DNA of 64,000 nucleotides from Candidatus Limimorpha sp. (GTDB lineage Bacteria; Bacteroidota; Bacteroidia; Bacteroidales; F082): NCBI GenBank assembly GCA_045120395.1, contig JBGVET010000026.1, positions 5,691 to 69,690 of the forward strand, read 5' to 3'. Shown piece by piece: positions 61,932 to 64,000 of this stretch (position 1 is its first letter; each line of letters starts with the position of its first letter). The notes under the pieces were generated by a model. It saw only the letters and a program-made list of their open reading frames with translations, ran no database searches and was not told where the DNA came from. The position numbers and the translations under genes were made by a program.

Positions 61932-64000
61932 TTATTCGATAATAGTCAACTCATCAATAATATTATGTGCTTTACCGACTTTCTCGATGCACCATAAGAG
62001 GTAACGAGCATCCATGCAGATTGTGCGTTGTACCTTTTGTTCGAATGAGAGGTCTCCGCTCATAGCTTCCCAGTTGCCGTCGAAAGCGAGGCCGATGAGT
62101 TCGCCTTTGCCGTTGATGACAGGACTACCTGAGTTACCGCCAGTGATGTCGTTTGTTGTGATGAAGTTAACGATTAAATCGCCGTTTTCGTCCGCATAAC
62201 GACCATAATCTCTTGCTTCATATAAATCTCTAACGTCTTGAGGAATATCGAATTCCCAGTTGTTTGGTTTATATTTTGCCATCACGCCGTCCATTGTTGT
62301 GACGTAGTTGTAGTTGACAGCGTCAGCGCCTTTGTAAGGTTCAACGCTACCGTAAGTGAGTCGCATTGTGAAGTTAGCGTCTGGGTAGAAGTTACGTTCT
62401 GTCTGCATTTCCATCAAACCTTTAATGTAAAGACGTTCAGCTTCGTCACCTGAGTTAGCAGCTTCTAAATACATAGGAATGATGACATTATTATAGACAT
62501 CGATGATATTCATTGTCAAAGCGAAGATAGGGTCTTTGTCTAATTTCTTAGGTTTAGCAAGCCATTTCTCAACTTTTTCTTGACTTACGAAGATAGATTT
62601 TTCGAAAGCCTTTTCAACCCATGCTGTGAAGTCGCCGTTGTTTTTGTCACCGATTTCAGTAATCATTGTAGGAACATATCTGTCGATATCTTTGTAGATG
62701 AGGTTTAACAAAGCGATTGTCACGTCTTTATCCAAAGCCATGTCATAATCTTTAAAGAAAGGTTGAACTGTTGCGCTTAAAGCTTCCGCTGTTTTTGCGA
62801 TATCTTCTTTAGAAGCCTTGTTGTTCAACATATCGTTGATTGACTTAAATCTGCGTGAGAAAGAAATAGCTTCGCCGCCATTCCAGCCAGCTTCACGGAG
62901 ATAAATCATTGGCTTTTGGATGTCGTCCATAACATCCCATTTAGCGTCAACGTCTTCGAAGATTGTTCCATATTCTGCAATTCGATTTTCGTCAGCCTTA
63001 ACCCAAGCTCTGAATTCTTCTTCTTGAGCGTAACGTCTGTCATACACGCGGTTACGTTGTAATTGTTTCACCTGACCGATGAAATATTTCCAGTAGTTAG
63101 AAACGCTAGCTTGTTTTGAAGCGTATTTGATGAACACTTCTTGGTCAGCGTCCATATGTTTGCGATATTCGTTGAGTTTTGTTGTGCGGCAGTCGATGAT
63201 AGCTGGACCTTCTTCATTGATGATATTGCTGATAGTGCGGCTTGTTGAATAACGGTCGGTGCTGCCAGGATAACCCATAATCATTGCGTAGTCGCCTTGT
63301 TCTACGCCTTTAATATTAATAGGTAAGTAATGTTTAGATTTCATTGGGACGTTTTCTTCACTGTAAGCTGCTGGTTTGCCGTCAGGTGAAGTATAAACTC
63401 TGAAGATACAGAAGTCGCCTTTGTGACGAGGCCATGTCCAGTTGTCTGTGTCAGCGCCGTATTTACCGATGCCCCATGGAGGGCAAGCTGTGAGGCGAAC
63501 ATCATGATATACATCATATTCAAACATGATATATTGATTACCGTTATAGAAAGGAACGATTTCGATTCTTACGTCTCTGTCGCCTTTAACTTCTTCTTTT
63601 AAAGCTTTGATATTTTCATTGATGATTTCTTCGCGAGTTTCTTTTGTTGTTACGCCTTTAAGAACTGCTACTGTAACGTCTTCAACATTAGCGAGGAAAG
63701 AGACATAAAGACCTTCGCAAGAAAGTTCTTCTTTCATATCCAAAGCCCAGAAACCGTCTGTGAGGTAGTCGTGCTCTACAGATGCGAGTGCTTGAACATA
63801 ACCAAGACCGCAGTGATGGTTCGTGAGAAGCAATCCGTTAGGAGATATAAGTTCGCCAGTACAACCGTTAGCGAATTGAACGATAGCGTCTTTAACACTT
63901 GGCTGATTGAGGTCAAAAATCTGTTCTGCTGTGAGTTGGCAACCGAGTTGTTGCATCTCATAAAGACTTTGATTGCTTAAGTTGTAAGGTAACCACATAC
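61932..64000 (-). CDS. S46-family dipeptidyl-peptidase (DPP7/DPP11-like), N-terminus beyond window end
   Basis: GMWLPYNL-type start region, GCTGELISPNGLLLTNHHCG (His), ITGGNSGSPVINGKGELIGLAFDG (Ser); frame open to base 64000. Confidence 0.85.
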   Translation of the reverse strand, partial: MWLPYNLSNQSLYEMQQLGCQLTAEQIFDLNQPSVKDAIVQFANGCTGELISPNGLLLTNHHCGLGYVQALASVEHDYLTDGFWALDMKEELSCEGLYVSFLANVEDVTVAVLKGVTTKETREEIINENIKALKEEVKGDRDVRIEIVPFYNGNQYIMFEYDVYHDVRLTACPPWGIGKYGADTDNWTWPRHKGDFCIFRVYTSPDGKPAAYSEENVPMKSKHYLPINIKGVEQGDYAMIMGYPGSTDRYSTSRTISNIINEEGPAIIDCRTTKLNEYRKHMDADQEVFIKYASKQASVSNYWKYFIGQVKQLQRNRVYDRRYAQEEEFRAWVKADENRIAEYGTIFEDVDAKWDVMDDIQKPMIYLREAGWNGGEAISFSRRFKSINDMLNNKASKEDIAKTAEALSATVQPFFKDYDMALDKDVTIALLNLIYKDIDRYVPTMITEIGDKNNGDFTAWVEKAFEKSIFVSQEKVEKWLAKPKKLDKDPIFALTMNIIDVYNNVIIPMYLEAANSGDEAERLYIKGLMEMQTERNFYPDANFTMRLTYGSVEPYKGADAVNYNYVTTMDGVMAKYKPNNWEFDIPQDVRDLYEARDYGRYADENGDLIVNFITTNDITGGNSGSPVINGKGELIGLAFDGNWEAMSGDLSFEQKVQRTICMDARYLLWCIEKVGKAHNIIDELTIIE

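Noticed and set aside
1-64000. tRNA/tmRNA genes as integration targets for the two recombinases
   Set aside because: I could not find any T-arm/acceptor-like sequence (GGTTCRAWTCC type with matching stems) near either recombinase gene or the island-core junction. The scan was by eye only, so absence is not proven.

Overview
This is a Bacteroidales-type chromosome segment, judged from TAnnTTTG -7 promoter boxes, T9SS C-terminal sorting domains and IntDOT-like integrases. Bases ~1-27,100 form an accessory/defence island. Bases ~27,100-64,000 carry core housekeeping and metabolic genes. Island contents: (i) A tyrosine recombinase (2489-3685) is followed by a 238-bp segment bracketed by perfect 22-bp inverted repeats, which is a candidate invertible promoter. 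(ii) That segment sits in front of an AT-rich 11-gene operon (4000-15494). The operon opens with a small membrane protein and a 1032-aa tubulin/FtsZ-like GTPase carrying a proline-rich/GYF_2-like tail. It continues with a Zn-ribbon-TM-MORN protein, five signal-peptide proteins (one PEGA+WG-repeat, one NTF2-like), an R-S-ExE ADP-ribosyltransferase-like protein and a DUF2971-like protein. I know of no described system with this composition, so it is my top candidate for a novel system. (iii) A solitary, catalytically dead long Argonaute (15544-17742) has no co-directional effector gene. (iv) A divergent three-gene operon encodes an AbiEi-like wHTH protein, an AbiEii-like nucleotidyltransferase and a metallophosphoesterase. 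(v) An integrative-element backbone follows: DUF3987, VirE_N-like, two excisionase-type HTH genes, RteC-like, integrase and a Zn-ribbon double-HTH gene. Core contents: lysS, holB, lnt (split), a dus-family gene, a GT9 heptosyltransferase-like gene, a 5-gene Hdr-like Fe-S/flavoprotein operon, fucI-fucA-fucK-(T9SS protein)-fucP, a truncated orphan 5S rRNA-like sequence, M28 and S46 peptidases, trxB, a paralogous lipoprotein cluster, a chimeric hdrC'-trxB' ORF, and a RAYT-type Y1 transposase flanked by REP-like repeats. The core part is saturated with degenerate 7-8-nt tandem word repeats and at least three dispersed repeat families. These repeats sit at gene ends, donate stop codons and C-termini, and have invaded several ORFs. 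The GT9 gene carries 20 octamer units, and lnt is broken exactly at such an array. All protein-family calls are by-eye motif recognition and no searches were run.
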